Program-made: the position numbers and the translations under genes
Shown: piece after piece, positions 11,025 to 22,157 of the stretch
Layout of the letters: every line of letters starts with the position of its first letter
How positions within the stretch are numbered: the first letter of the stretch is position 1
Assembly (NCBI RefSeq): GCF_001194135.2
Contig: NC_068981.1
Span: forward strand, 76,680,756 to 76,744,755
DNA length: 64,000 bases
From: Octopus bimaculoides
Taxonomy: Eukaryota
Direction of reading: 5' to 3'
The notes under the pieces: model-generated
Told to the model about the DNA's origin: nothing
The model's database searches: none
Seen by the model: only the letters and a program-made list of their open reading frames with translations

Positions 11025-11485
11025 TTATCCTCTCGTCACAAACACGTGACGAAAGGGGATTTCTCTTTCTGTTCAATGCCTTCCTATAGAAAAGACGTGT
11101 TGTTTCTGTCTCTTCTCTCATGCACGTCTATCTAGCGTTCAAAATAATAATTTTTCTATTGTCTTGGCTTAACAGCCCTCACTGCTTGTTTTTACTGTCT
11201 TGTTCTCACTGTCCTGTTATTGTTAACACTTTCACTCTCCACAAGTCATTAGAAATTTTATTTAATTTGCTTTGCGGAAGGATTATTCCAACGAAGTCGC
11301 GTATTGTCCTTGCCTTCGAAACGCGGAGTAGATGGAACAGGGACAACTATCGAAGGGTTATACTCTTTATATTGCATGTCTCGTTTCTCTGTTCGTTTTT
11401 TCGTTGTTCGAAAAAGTTCGTTTTCTGTTTTCGTTTTTCTGTTTTCATTTCTCATTGTGTTTAGCGGTTTTTCGTTATGTCCTGT
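11025..11485 (+). mobile_element. Penelope-pLTR-like interspersed repeat (unclassified)
   Basis: T-rich unit with a degenerate hammerhead-like segment at 11286-11337. It ends '...tgtcctgta' before (TATG)n. Confidence 0.35.
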
Positions 11486-12298
11486 ATGTATGTATGTATG
11501 TATACATATAGATGTAGGTATGTACATATACGTATGGATATATGCATATATTTATATATCATTTATATTATATCTACACACACACGCACATATATNNNNN
11601 NNNNNNNNNNNNNNNNNNNNNNNNNNNNNNNNNNNNNNNNNNNNNNNNNNNNNNNNNNNNNNNNNNNNNNNNNNNNNNNNNNNNNNNNNNNNNNNNNNNN
11701 NNNATATATATATATATATATATACACATCTTTGTTTGTGTTTGTATATGTTTGTATGTGTGTATATATGCACAATGTATTATGTGTGTGTGCTTCTTTA
11801 TCAACATGTCAACAAATGGTTATGCACTGTACGTATTGTATCTTAATTGGACACTTCAGTTTCAATTATAATATTCAGTCAACATCTTTTGTCTACGGCA
11901 GATCTTTTTATTCCGAGTCTCAAATCCAAATGTCTAAAATGATTTTAGCTGTGCAACTAGTACTGGGTTTATCATAGAATTTGCTGCTGCTGAATTTTAT
12001 CAATGTTGGCTTAGTGTTTCTCCTTTCTAATTTCATTAATATCTCATTAAGATTTTCCAATTTCATTAAATACTTGTTATGATTGTGTAGTACAAGCCAT
12101 CTGAACATTTAGCTTCTGACCTCTAAAGCAGTCAGATAACAAGCAAAATATCACGTTCAAAAGTAGAATATGTAATGTCAAGCGATATGTATTAAGTAAG
12201 TTATACCAGTATGTATTCCCATAAAGTCGATATTGCAACCTATTCTCATCTAAGTTTCTGCGTGTAATTTTTATTCAAAGCCTAACAAGAATGACCAT

Positions 12299-12473
12299 AG
12301 GTGCGGACACGGCTGAGTGGTTAAAAAAGCTTGCTTTGAAACCACATGGTTTCGAGTTCATTCCCACTGCGCGGCAACTTAGGCAAGTGTGTTCTACTGT
12401 AGCCCAGCGCTAACGAATGGTTTCGAAGAGAATTTGGTTGTCGGAAACTCTGGTGAAACCCGTTGTGTGTGTA
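12299..12473 (+). mobile_element. SINE family A head module
   Basis: ggctgagTGGttaa...GGTTTCGAGTTCattcccactgcgcggcaacttaggcaagtgtg. Matches the reverse copies at 14575-14735, 32460-32626 and 61170-61335. Confidence 0.85.
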
Positions 12474-12483
12474 NNNNNNNNNN

Positions 12484-12516
<33 letters not shown>

Positions 12517-12536
12517 CACACACACACTAGCAGAGA

Positions 12537-14238
12537 TACCCGGCGTTGCCCGTGTTACGTGGAATTAAAGAATTAGACTTTTCTTTTATATTTTATCTAA
12601 TGAACTGCAATCTATGATTCGAATTTCATCAAAATTGCAGTTTAAAACTTTTAATGAGAGTTCTTTCCCTCTTACACACCCTAACAAAAATTCTAATCAT
12701 GACACATTTATCCCATACTACTCATCTTTAGATTGCAAAATTCAAATCTCGTGGAACATGTTCAAATGTTTTTGCTCCTGAAAAATGGAGCTCATGGAGC
12801 TCAAAAATGTGAGAGTTAAGGATCCTATTGGGAGTGGGTGTCTTAAAGTCAACTAGAGAAGTTGACTTATTGGGAATCTTTTTAACTTGGGTCTTATATC
12901 TGCTGTTCAAATTTCTTTGAAATCGGAAATATATGTATGTTCAATGGGTTTGTAAAAGAGCAAAGCTACAGGAAACTAAAAGACATGATCACAATAAGCA
13001 ATCAGCTACCCTACCCTAGCCGTTACCACTTGCCAATTTAGGATTCCTCACCATATAGGTGACGGACACAGTCGTAAGATGCATTACGGATCTATAGCAA
13101 TTGTGTGACGTGAGGGCTAAGGGGAAATGAAAGTTTCACTTCTGGAGTTTGCCAATAGTCACTATGACGATAGGTAACTGCACAATATAAATTTGCAATC
13201 TATAAATGTCTTTGAATAACGAGTCACTTATCTGGGGAGGCCTTGAAGTCAATGTTATCATTTGGGGACTATATCTGACCAAATGGTAATACAAAGATTC
13301 AAAGGAGGTCTGAAACTGAATATATTTACTCAACACTTTGCAACTGAATCTGTGGAGGCAAAGATGCCTCTCCTTTACTTGACAACTTATGCACCACATT
13401 GCAGAAATCACAATGTAAGTATACCTCAAAGCAAAGTCTTACACTGTTGTACCATTGAATTACAAATAACGCTCATCCTTTATGCTCGGGTGACCCTACA
13501 GCTTCCAAGAGTACACTTGTATTCGTCTTGGCTTAGGAAAAATGACTAAATTATGGGTGTTAAGCACCCATTAAGGGATCTTACTAACTTCTAAGAAGTT
13601 GAAATTTTAGAAATATTAATTCATTTGTGTTTAATATCTATGGTTAAAATTTCATCAACAGCAAAAATATATGGATTTTCATGGGGGTTATTGCCTCATT
13701 TATGCCTCCTCACTTTCAAAGATATACTGCATTACATAAGTCCTTATGCGTAGAATATAATTTCCAAATTTCATAAAGTTCAGTTCAGTACTTTTGAGCT
13801 AGTTCCGGATCATAAAAAAATTACTAAAATTTGGGAGTTAAGGCCCCACCCCGATTAGGGAGTCTTAGAATCCTCATGCGAAGCGGAAACTTTGGGAATA
13901 CTTCTTGGTGTGTGTCAATTGCCTATGCCTGAAATTTCATCAACATCGAAAATTTATGAAATTTCATGGAGGTGGGGGATTCGCCCCCTTTAAGCCACCT
14001 CAAATTCAAACCAAACACGCTGCATTATACCCGCCCTTATGCATTGAATCTAAGGTCAAAATATCATAAGGAACCATTCAGTAATTTTGGTCCATGAAAT
14101 TGTATGAAGCATGCAGCATTACTCCTCTCCCTAGGCTTGGATTTTGCCTTCCTAATTTCATTAGGATCGGTGTAGTTGCTTTCGAATGTATAAGTAACAC
14201 ACGAACACACATAAAGACATTGACTTTTATATAATAGA
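12537..14238 (-). mobile_element. Helitron (non-autonomous/decayed) with both canonical termini
   Basis: On the minus strand it starts A|TCtattatataaaagtcaa (14238) and ends 'acacgggcaacgccgggtatctctgCTAG|T' (12537). This gives 5'-TC, 3'-CTAG, a GC-rich subterminal hairpin (one mismatch), insertion between A and T, and no TSD. Confidence 0.85.
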
Positions 14239-14279
14239 TATGCATATGCACATATACATACATGTAAATGTGTGTGTAT

Positions 14280-14323
<44 letters not shown>

Positions 14324-14354
14324 TAGATTCATATATTTAATTGAGTGGGCAAGC

Positions 14355-14735
14355 AAAAATATGAGACACTACCTTGAAGAATTTTTTGTCGAATGAATCA
14401 ACACCGGTGCTTTTTTTTTTTGATAAGCCTGGTATTTATTCTATCAGTTCCTTTTTGTAAAACCAGTTAAGTTATGGGGATGTAAATAAACCAACACCAG
14501 TTGTCAAGCAGTGATGACGAAGAAACACAGAGACAACGACATACGAATACACTTACATATATACATATATATAGGATTGATTTCTTTCATTTTCTGTCTA
14601 CGAAATCCACTCACAAGTCTTTGGTTGGCCTGAGGCTATAGCAGAAGACACATGCCAACTTACAACATAGTGTGACTGAACCCAGGACCTTGTGTTTTAG
14701 AAGCAAGTTTCTTACCACACAGCCACATCTGCATC
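14355..14735 (-). mobile_element. SINE family A/B, diverged full-length copy
   Basis: Same module order as 32215-32626, including the internal (TA/CA) microsatellite. Confidence 0.8.
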
Positions 14736-14815
14736 TATATGCATATGTATATCTGTGTGTGTGTATGTATATGTATATATGTATGTATATATATAAATAT
14801 ACATGTATGCATGTA

Positions 14816-14897
<82 letters not shown>

Positions 14898-15099
14898 AGT
14901 GTGTGTGTGTACCTATTACATATGCATCTATACTGTCACAGCTATAGATACAGTTATATATATATACATATGTATGTATGTAAGTATGTACGTATGTATG
15001 TATGTATGTATGTATGTATGTACGTACGTATGTACGTATACCTGTATATATGTGAGATCATAGTTTTACTATACCTGTATATATGTGAGATCATAGTTT

Positions 15100-15358
15100 T
15101 ACTTTAATAGTTTCAGTATTAATAGTGAAACTATTAAAGTGAAATTATCTGACAATACAATAAAGAGATATCATTGTTTCACTTTTGACATGTAATACTG
15201 AAATAGTGGAAGATATAAGAGATTGCTCTGGGCATGTGTGAAATTTGAATAAAATCGGTTATGTAGTTCTCGAGTTTCAGGGATTCGCACAAACAGATAC
15301 ACAGAGGAACACACAGATAGACAGACAGACAGACATTATCATCCTTATACATATAAAT
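15100..15358 (-). mobile_element. Helitron-like non-autonomous fragment
   Basis: 'gtgtgaaatttgaataaaatcggttatgtagttctcgagtt...cacagatagacagacagacagacatt...ttatacatata' resembles the 5'-terminal part of the Helitron at about 14100-14238. Confidence 0.4.
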
Positions 15359-15662
15359 AAATCAGGTAACGATTCTTTGCCAATCTAATGTGGCAGCCCC
15401 ATTTGGGACGAATGCTACTGTTGTTTAGCCCCAGAAGGATTCGTCTCCAGCTGCCTATACGACACACGATCTGTGTCATTATATTTTCGAACAGAAGACC
15501 TTAGCACACCCCACCTACCACAACGCAGTATCTGTAGACCATACGGTCCAAGGGTTATTTCTCTTCGTCAGCACATTAGGTTGGCAAATAGTCGTTACTT
15601 TAAATTACTGCTACTAAATATATCTCGTTGAGAGTTTTAGGAACAATAATGTTTATATATAT

Positions 15663-15701
<39 letters not shown>

Positions 15702-16479
15702 NNNNNNNNNNNNNNNNNNNNNNNNNNNNNNNNNNNNNNNNNNNNNNNNNNNNNNNNNNNNNNNNNNNNNNNNNNNNNNNNNNNNNNNNNNNNNNNNNNN
15801 NNNNNNNNNNNNNNNNNNNNNNNNNNNNNNNNNNNNNNNNNNNNNNNNNNNNNNNNNNNNNNNNNNNNNNNNNNNNNNNNNNNNNNNNNNNNNNNNNNNN
15901 NNNNNNNNNNNNNNNNNNNNNNNNNNNNNNNNNNNNNNNNNNNNNNNNNNNNNNNNNNNNNNNNNNNNNNNNNNNNNNNNNNNNNNNNNNNNNNNNNNNN
16001 NNNNNNNNNNNNNNNNNNNNNNNNNNNNNNNNNNNNNNNNNNNNNNNNNNNNNNNNNNNNNNNNNNNNNNNNNNNNNNNNNNNNNNNNNNNNNNNNNNNN
16101 NNNNNNNNNNNNNNNNNNNNNNNNNNNNNNNNNNNNNNNNNNNNNNNNNNNNNNNNNNNNNNNNNNNNNNNNNNNNNNNNNNNNNNNNNNNNNNNNNNNN
16201 NNNNNNNNNNNNNNNNNNNNNNNNNNNNNNNNNNNNNNNNNNNNNNNNNNNNNNNNNNNNNNNNNNNNNNNNNNNNNNNNNNNNNNNNNNNNNNNNNNNN
16301 NNNNNNNNNNNNNNNNNNNNNNNNNNNNNNNNNNNNNNNNNNNNNNNNNNNNNATATATATATATATATATATACATACGTATATATGTGTGTGTATGTG
16401 TCTATGAGTGTGAATATCTTTGTATCTGTGATTAGGTAGTCAACGCTTCACAACTTCTGTTTGTTTGTTTACATGCAGG

Positions 16480-16620
16480 TAAATTCTTAGTTGGGTAAAA
16501 GAGAGGGTAGAATAAATATCACGCTTAAAAAGTAAAAGAATCACTGAGGTCTGCAAAGCAGTACACTAGTATGGTCGCAGTCCAATGATTGAAACAAGTA
16601 AAAGATGACAAAAGAAGATA
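16480..16620 (+). mobile_element. SINE family B 3' tail fragment
   Basis: 'agtatggtcgcagtccaatgattgaaacaagtaaaaga' is the tail of family A/B. Confidence 0.65.
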
Positions 16621-16764
16621 ATAGCTGTGGCTGTTTAGTAAGCAAATCTCTCCGACAAGCATTTCACTCTAGAAGTGAGCAATTCCACATTGTTTTAACA
16701 ATAAATATTTGTTTGGAGTGTATATATTACTTGATTAAACTCTCGAGCAAATCCCACAAGAGCT

Positions 16765-16975
16765 GTTGTTTTGCCGCAGTTAAGCCTGATCTAGCTGGCC
16801 AATGATAAAGGCCATTCTAGCTCTGAAATTGCCGTCTACTTTTGAAGTATGGTGTGCACGACTGTTTTATTTAATGTTTCTTACGTCGTTTAAGATGGCA
16901 GCGTGTTATTAGGAGATATAACGGTTATATCTACAGATCAAACACTCAGTGAGAGACTCTTTCGTTGGCTCAATT
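16765..16975 (-). mobile_element. Old SINE-like repeat (family E), degenerate
   Basis: Reverse complement is similar to 41535-41730 (both have '...tagaaatagcagccaaat'-like and 'ggtcatg..gga..gc.tt.gatcataggtc'-like blocks). Confidence 0.45.
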
Positions 16976-18192
16976 CTTCTATAGTAGTGATGGCAGCCTT
17001 AGATATTCCTGAAATGCATGCTGAACAGCAGACCGAGAGCGAGATAACGTCTTTATCGTGACTAGAACGGCTGTTCACAGGGATAGTGGGGTGGAGAAAA
17101 AAAAAGAAATCAGCTTATATAGAAGGACAACACAACTTAGATGAGAGAAAAGAAGGTGATTGAACAAATATTCCTGCGTGTTGTGAAATTTGATTATTCT
17201 GCTTTTCAATCGCCGTTTGTTCAGGATCCTTACGGCAAACAAGTTAAAGATTGTTTCTAAATTGGATAGATCTCATGATTCAGTATGACGTCCGTACTTT
17301 TGTCATGGACATTAGTGTCATAATTGAAGTGAATTGGCTTCGACCGAGAAACAAATTTCAAATGGGCTTCTGGACTCGGTTTACCGGGAACTTTACACTT
17401 ATTCGCCAATGTTCGTCGCATGCGTAGGTTAGCACGCTTGCACACTCGCACAAATACCTGCATATAAACCACAGAAACCATTCTTTCTCAGTTTTCCACT
17501 CGGTCTCTTTCTCTCTTTCGTTTCGTTTCAGTAGTTTCGTCGCTTTTCTCTCAAATAATGTTTATATTCTCTCTTCTATGACGCAGTTGTCCTCTTTCCT
17601 CTCTTTGCGCATGCCTCGCTCTCTTTCGTCACTTCTTTGTTACCTTCTTTCTCCCTCTTTCCTTCTCTCTCTATTTTTTTGCTTCCTTTCTTTCTCTCTC
17701 TTTCTTTGAACTAATGAATAACGGCTGACATAAAATAAAGGATTTCCGTTTAACGTCACGTTAGCACTTTAGTCAACAAATTATGTCTGTTGGTTTCCAC
17801 TGCGTTAATGCATGCCTGTGTATGTATGAATGTGTATATTTGCACATGCCTGTGTGTATGTGCATGTGTATTTCCCTGCTGCATGTATGCATGTGTTTCT
17901 GATTAATACGCTTTGGCAGGTAGAACACCTAAGTCACAAAGGTGCGAAATACAGAAGCAGTCCAAGCGTTTTTATAACACACGGAGAAATTTGAAAAACC
18001 CAGGTTCTAAATTATAGTGTGCTAGAGCGAACCAAATTCCAGCTTCGGTGGTTTTGTTGTTGCTTCTGATATTGCTTTTGGTTGCTATCATTATTGTTGT
18101 TGTTCTTTTTTAATTTTATGCCAAAATTGATTTCCTAATCATTCACAATTACGTTTTTCTCCGTATAGAACATTGACAGTTTATTATTAAAG

Positions 18193-18361
18193 AAGCACAG
18201 GCGTGGTTATGTGGTAAGAAGTTTGCTTTCTAATGACAATGAGTTCAGGTTCAGTCCCACAGATTGACACCTCAGGCGAGAGTCGTCTACTATAGCCTCA
18301 GGCCGACCAAAACCATGTGAGTGGATTTGGTAGACGGTAAATGAGAGAAGCCCGTCGTATA
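18193..18361 (+). mobile_element. SINE family A head module
   Basis: 'ggcgtggttatgtggtaagaagtttgct...ggttcagtcccac...actatagcctcaggccgaccaaaacc.tgtgagtggatttggtagacgg'; ends at a gap. Confidence 0.85.
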
Positions 18362-18893
18362 NNNNNNNNNNNNNNNNNNNNNNNNNNNNNNNNNNNNNNN
18401 NNNNNNNNNNNNNNNNNNNNNNNNNNNNNNNNNNNNNNNNNNNNNNNNNNNNNNNNNNNNNNNNNNNNNNNNNNNNNNNNNNNNNNNNNNNNNNNNNNNN
18501 NNNNNNNNNNNNNNNNNNNNNNNNNNNNNNNNNNNNNNNNNNNNNNNNNNNNNNNNNNNNNNNNNNNNNNNNNNNNNNNNNNNNNNNNNNNNNNNNNNNN
18601 NNNNNNNNNNNNNNNNNNNNNNNNNNNNNNNNNNNNNNNNNNNNNNNNNNNNNNNNNNNNNNNNNNNNNNNNNNNNNNNNNNNNNNNNNNNNNNNNNNNN
18701 NNNNNNNNNNNNNNNNNNNNNNNNNNNNNNNNNNNNNNNNNNNNNNNNNNNNNNNNNNNNNNNNNNNNNNNNNNNNNNNNNNNNNNNNNNNNNNNNNNNN
18801 NNNNNNNNNNNNNNNNNNNNNNNNNNNNNNNNNNNNNNNNNNNNNNNNNNNNNNNNNNNNNNNNNNNNNNTATATATATATATATATATATTC

Positions 18894-19190
18894 GTGAAGG
18901 CCCATGGTTTAGTGGTTAAGGTGTTGCACTCACGATTGCGAGATCGTGAGTTCGATTCCCAGACTGGGGATTGCCTTGTGTACTTGAGAAAAGCGCTTCA
19001 TTTCAAGCTGCTCTATGATCATTTCTACATCTGTCATGTGGCACCCGTTGCACAGGTACTGTGGATGTGATGGAGGGAGTGAGCTTATGTCTACACATTA
19101 TTTGATCGCTATAAACAAATCATCTGTGTGGTCGTTCGGTAAGACATTGTTGAACCCTCATACATCGTGTAACGACGCTAGAGTCAATCG
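18894..19190 (+). mobile_element. tRNA-derived SINE (family F), head related to families D and G
   Basis: TGGTTTAGTGG (A box) and GAGTTCGATTCC (B box), then 'ttgtgtacttgagaaaagcgcttcatttca' as in 44590-44852, followed by a different body. Confidence 0.7.
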
Positions 19191-19198
19191 TATATATA

Positions 19199-19884
19199 TC
19201 AAAAATTATGCGCACTCTTGTTTTTTCAGTGTATTTACACAAAAGCAGGGGATAAACAAATACGTCATTTTTCTGTATAGTCACTTTCCATTTCGATGCA
19301 CTTGGCCCAGCGGTCCACAAGCTTGCGTATTCCTTCCAAGAAGGTTTCCGGTTGGTCGTGCAACCATATATGCACCTTCAAATCTTCATCCTTAGGAAAT
19401 CGAATACTCCGGAAACCACATTTGAGCGGTCTAAAAATATGATGGTCGGAAGGGGTGAAATCTGGGTTGTAGGCAGGGTGTTCCAGCACCTCAAAGCCCA
19501 ATTGGTTAATGGTTTCAACGGTCTGGCCGGCCGTGTGTGGGCGTGCATTGTCATGCAACAACAAAACTTCCTTCGACAATAGTCTTCGGCGTTTGGTGCA
19601 AGTTGCTGGCTTCAGTCTGTTGGCCGGCAAAGCATTGTATATTGCACTGTTGATCGTAAACCACTTTTCCAGAGAAAAGGGTCACTGCTCTTTGTTCTTC
19701 TTTGGTGAACATTACTAGTGGAGCGGCCACACTTACACTGTAAAGCCAGGAAGGAAAATGGCGTGATCAGGCTCAAACTTCGATCACATGGCCACAATAG
19801 TATCACCTCTAAGCACACATGCGCAGAAGGCGGTGTAGCAATAATAAAGATATGTTATGGCGAAAGTGCGGAGAATGTTTGACT
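19199..19884 (-). mobile_element. mariner DD34D element, internally deleted derivative
   Basis: Inverted termini tcaaaaattatgcgcactctt (19199) and aaagtgcggagaatgtttgac (19863). The N-terminal (V/M)AAPLVMFTKEEQRAV is joined to the C-terminal catalytic half. Confidence 0.9.
19265..19630 (-). pseudogene. mariner transposase C-terminal fragment (second and third catalytic D)
   Basis: LLLHDNARPH...HPAYNPDFTPSDHHIF, with exactly 34 residues between the two D (counted). Confidence 0.92.
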
Positions 19885-19904
19885 TTATTTATTTATATAA
19901 TTAT

Positions 19905-20135
19905 ATCTTTGTACCTGAGTTTGCTCCCCACACAGACGCTTCACAACCGATGTTGGTGTGTTTATGTTCCCGCAACTTAGCGATTCTACAAAATAGCCTG
20001 ATAGAATAAATACTAGGTTTAAAACGAAAAAAAAGCCCCGGGGTCGATTTGTTCGACTAAAACCCCTCAAGGCGGTTACTCGGGATGGCCGCAGTCAAAT
20101 GATTGAAACAAGTAAAAGATAAAAGATACAAGATA
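19905..20135 (+). mobile_element. SINE family B body and tail
   Basis: 'gacgcttcacaaccgatgttggtgtgtttatgttcccgcaacttagcg...gggtcgatttgttcgactaaa...ggatggccgcagtcaaatgattgaaacaagtaaaagataaaaga'. Confidence 0.85.
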
Positions 20136-21202
20136 ACAATTATTTAATTTGTGTTTTTATTTCCAAGAAGCAAGGGTGTAATTTAAAGAGCCTTTGGTAG
20201 CTATATCCAGTCTATCTGTAGTTCATTGTTAGTGTTGCTGCTCAGAGTGTAGGATTCATGCTAATAACACTAAAGTTAGGACTTGTATGCTTTGTAAAGA
20301 ATTTGGGGACTTATGTTGGTGGCGATAATTGTATTAGAGGCAGGGTGATGTACAATATGAGTTCAAATTTTACCTTTCAACCCTGTGCAATTAATGAACT
20401 AAATCATTGCCCGTCAAACAGTTCAATTATACATTACGGAAGCTATATCACTTCGTTTAAAAAATTAATAGATATGATACCACATATCAATAATGCAAAC
20501 ACAATCGGCAAAGAGTCGCCGATGATACTTTAAGATAGTTAGTAATGGCCTATTATGTTCTGTGTTCAAATTTTACCGGCGTCGACTTCTCCTTTCATCC
20601 AACAGAAATCGATAATAAAACGTTAGTACTAATCAAGTACTAACGTTGATCTAATCTGCTACATTTCTCTTTGAAAATATGTTATCTTGTAGCAATTTTA
20701 ATACTTTCTATTATATTATCACTATCATTACTCGGTTCAATAAAATTGAAATAATTTCATTTCTATTTACATAATCACCCGCACAAATGCACACGCAAAT
20801 ATTCACACACTTATTTATGGGCACACATATATAATATAGCACATATAATATCACCTAATACCTTGAGCCACACAAAATATATTTTCCCGCCCAAGGGCAT
20901 CCTCAAGGACTAAATGAAGTGGTTTATTTAATTCAAATGATTTAACAGAGAACTAAATAGAAGGATAGTTATATTGGGGAAGAATAATAGGCTACACAAA
21001 TAGCAGGTGTGGCAGTGGGGAAGGCGGAAGTGTACGCAGAATCAAAAGAATCAGAGTTAAGTATTTACAGATGGTAGCAATGATGATAATGATGTATAAA
21101 TTTTCGTTAAGCAGAAAGTTAAATTGAAAATGTTGACAACGTAAGTAGGTTTTCTATATCAGTGGTGGTGACGGAATTGTTGCAAAAGTTGAGGGTGGAC
21201 GA

Positions 21203-21243
<41 letters not shown>

Positions 21244-22126
21244 CGATTAATTCAGAGTACCCATTAAATTCTGTATTATCAGAGGTGTGATTTTTATGAC
21301 TAAAATCAGATTTGCTACCCTATCTCTCTATCATAAAGGCATGAATGAAACAATTGATGTTTTATGTTTATGCAAGAGAGCTGCTTTGTGTATCGTGTGT
21401 TCTCTCTCATAATTCTCAGAAATGCAGTAAGTTCAAGATGAAGATAAGGACTACCAGCGACGCATAAAGAATAATGCACCGCAAACTCCAGGCAGATCGC
21501 TGTGTGCACAAAAAGTTAAATTTAGGTGAATAGTAAATAATTTTCTTAATCATGCTTTTATATAACTGTGGAACTTGGATGTTGTACAGCCAAAATTTGA
21601 AGACAGATCTATTCTATCTAAGTGACCCGGAAAATCTGTGCATCACGCTGGAAATAACTGTAGCCTATGATCACCGCGAATCAATTAAAGTTAGGGATAT
21701 ATTTCAACAGAATAACATCTTTTTCAGGAAGACATAACGAAAGCTCAAAATTCACAAGAAAGGGTTGGTGGAAACAGGGGCTTTAATATCCAGTTTCAAA
21801 GTGATAGTTCTACTGGCGAGTGGCAATCATCAGTATTTATCTGGGTAACCAGGCGATTATAGCAGATTAATAATGATTTGAAAGCCTACTACACCAAACT
21901 TCAGGTATATATGTTTGTCTTCGTTAATAGATTGTGAGGTCTATCAGGGAACAGGTGGTATATCTAATCAGGTATGGTAAACTTCAAGAAAACCGAGGAA
22001 ATTACTAAAGAGAGTAAATATTCCTTTGAACCACGTGGAGTCAGTCAGCCTATATCAACTTGTCCCCCACATAATGTCTTCATTTGGGGCACATCGCCTA
22101 AAATATGCACACACACACACACACAC

Positions 22127-22157
<31 letters not shown>

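Noticed and set aside
13230-13410. Plus-strand 'NVIIWG...YAPH' as a Tc1/IS630 fragment captured in the Helitron
   Set aside because: No catalytic D residues are preserved, and the minus-strand helicase reading fits the element orientation better; both are weak.
21500-21900. LLYNCGTW, resembling the RTE/L2 'LLYGCETW' motif
   Set aside because: A single short motif without supporting neighbours.
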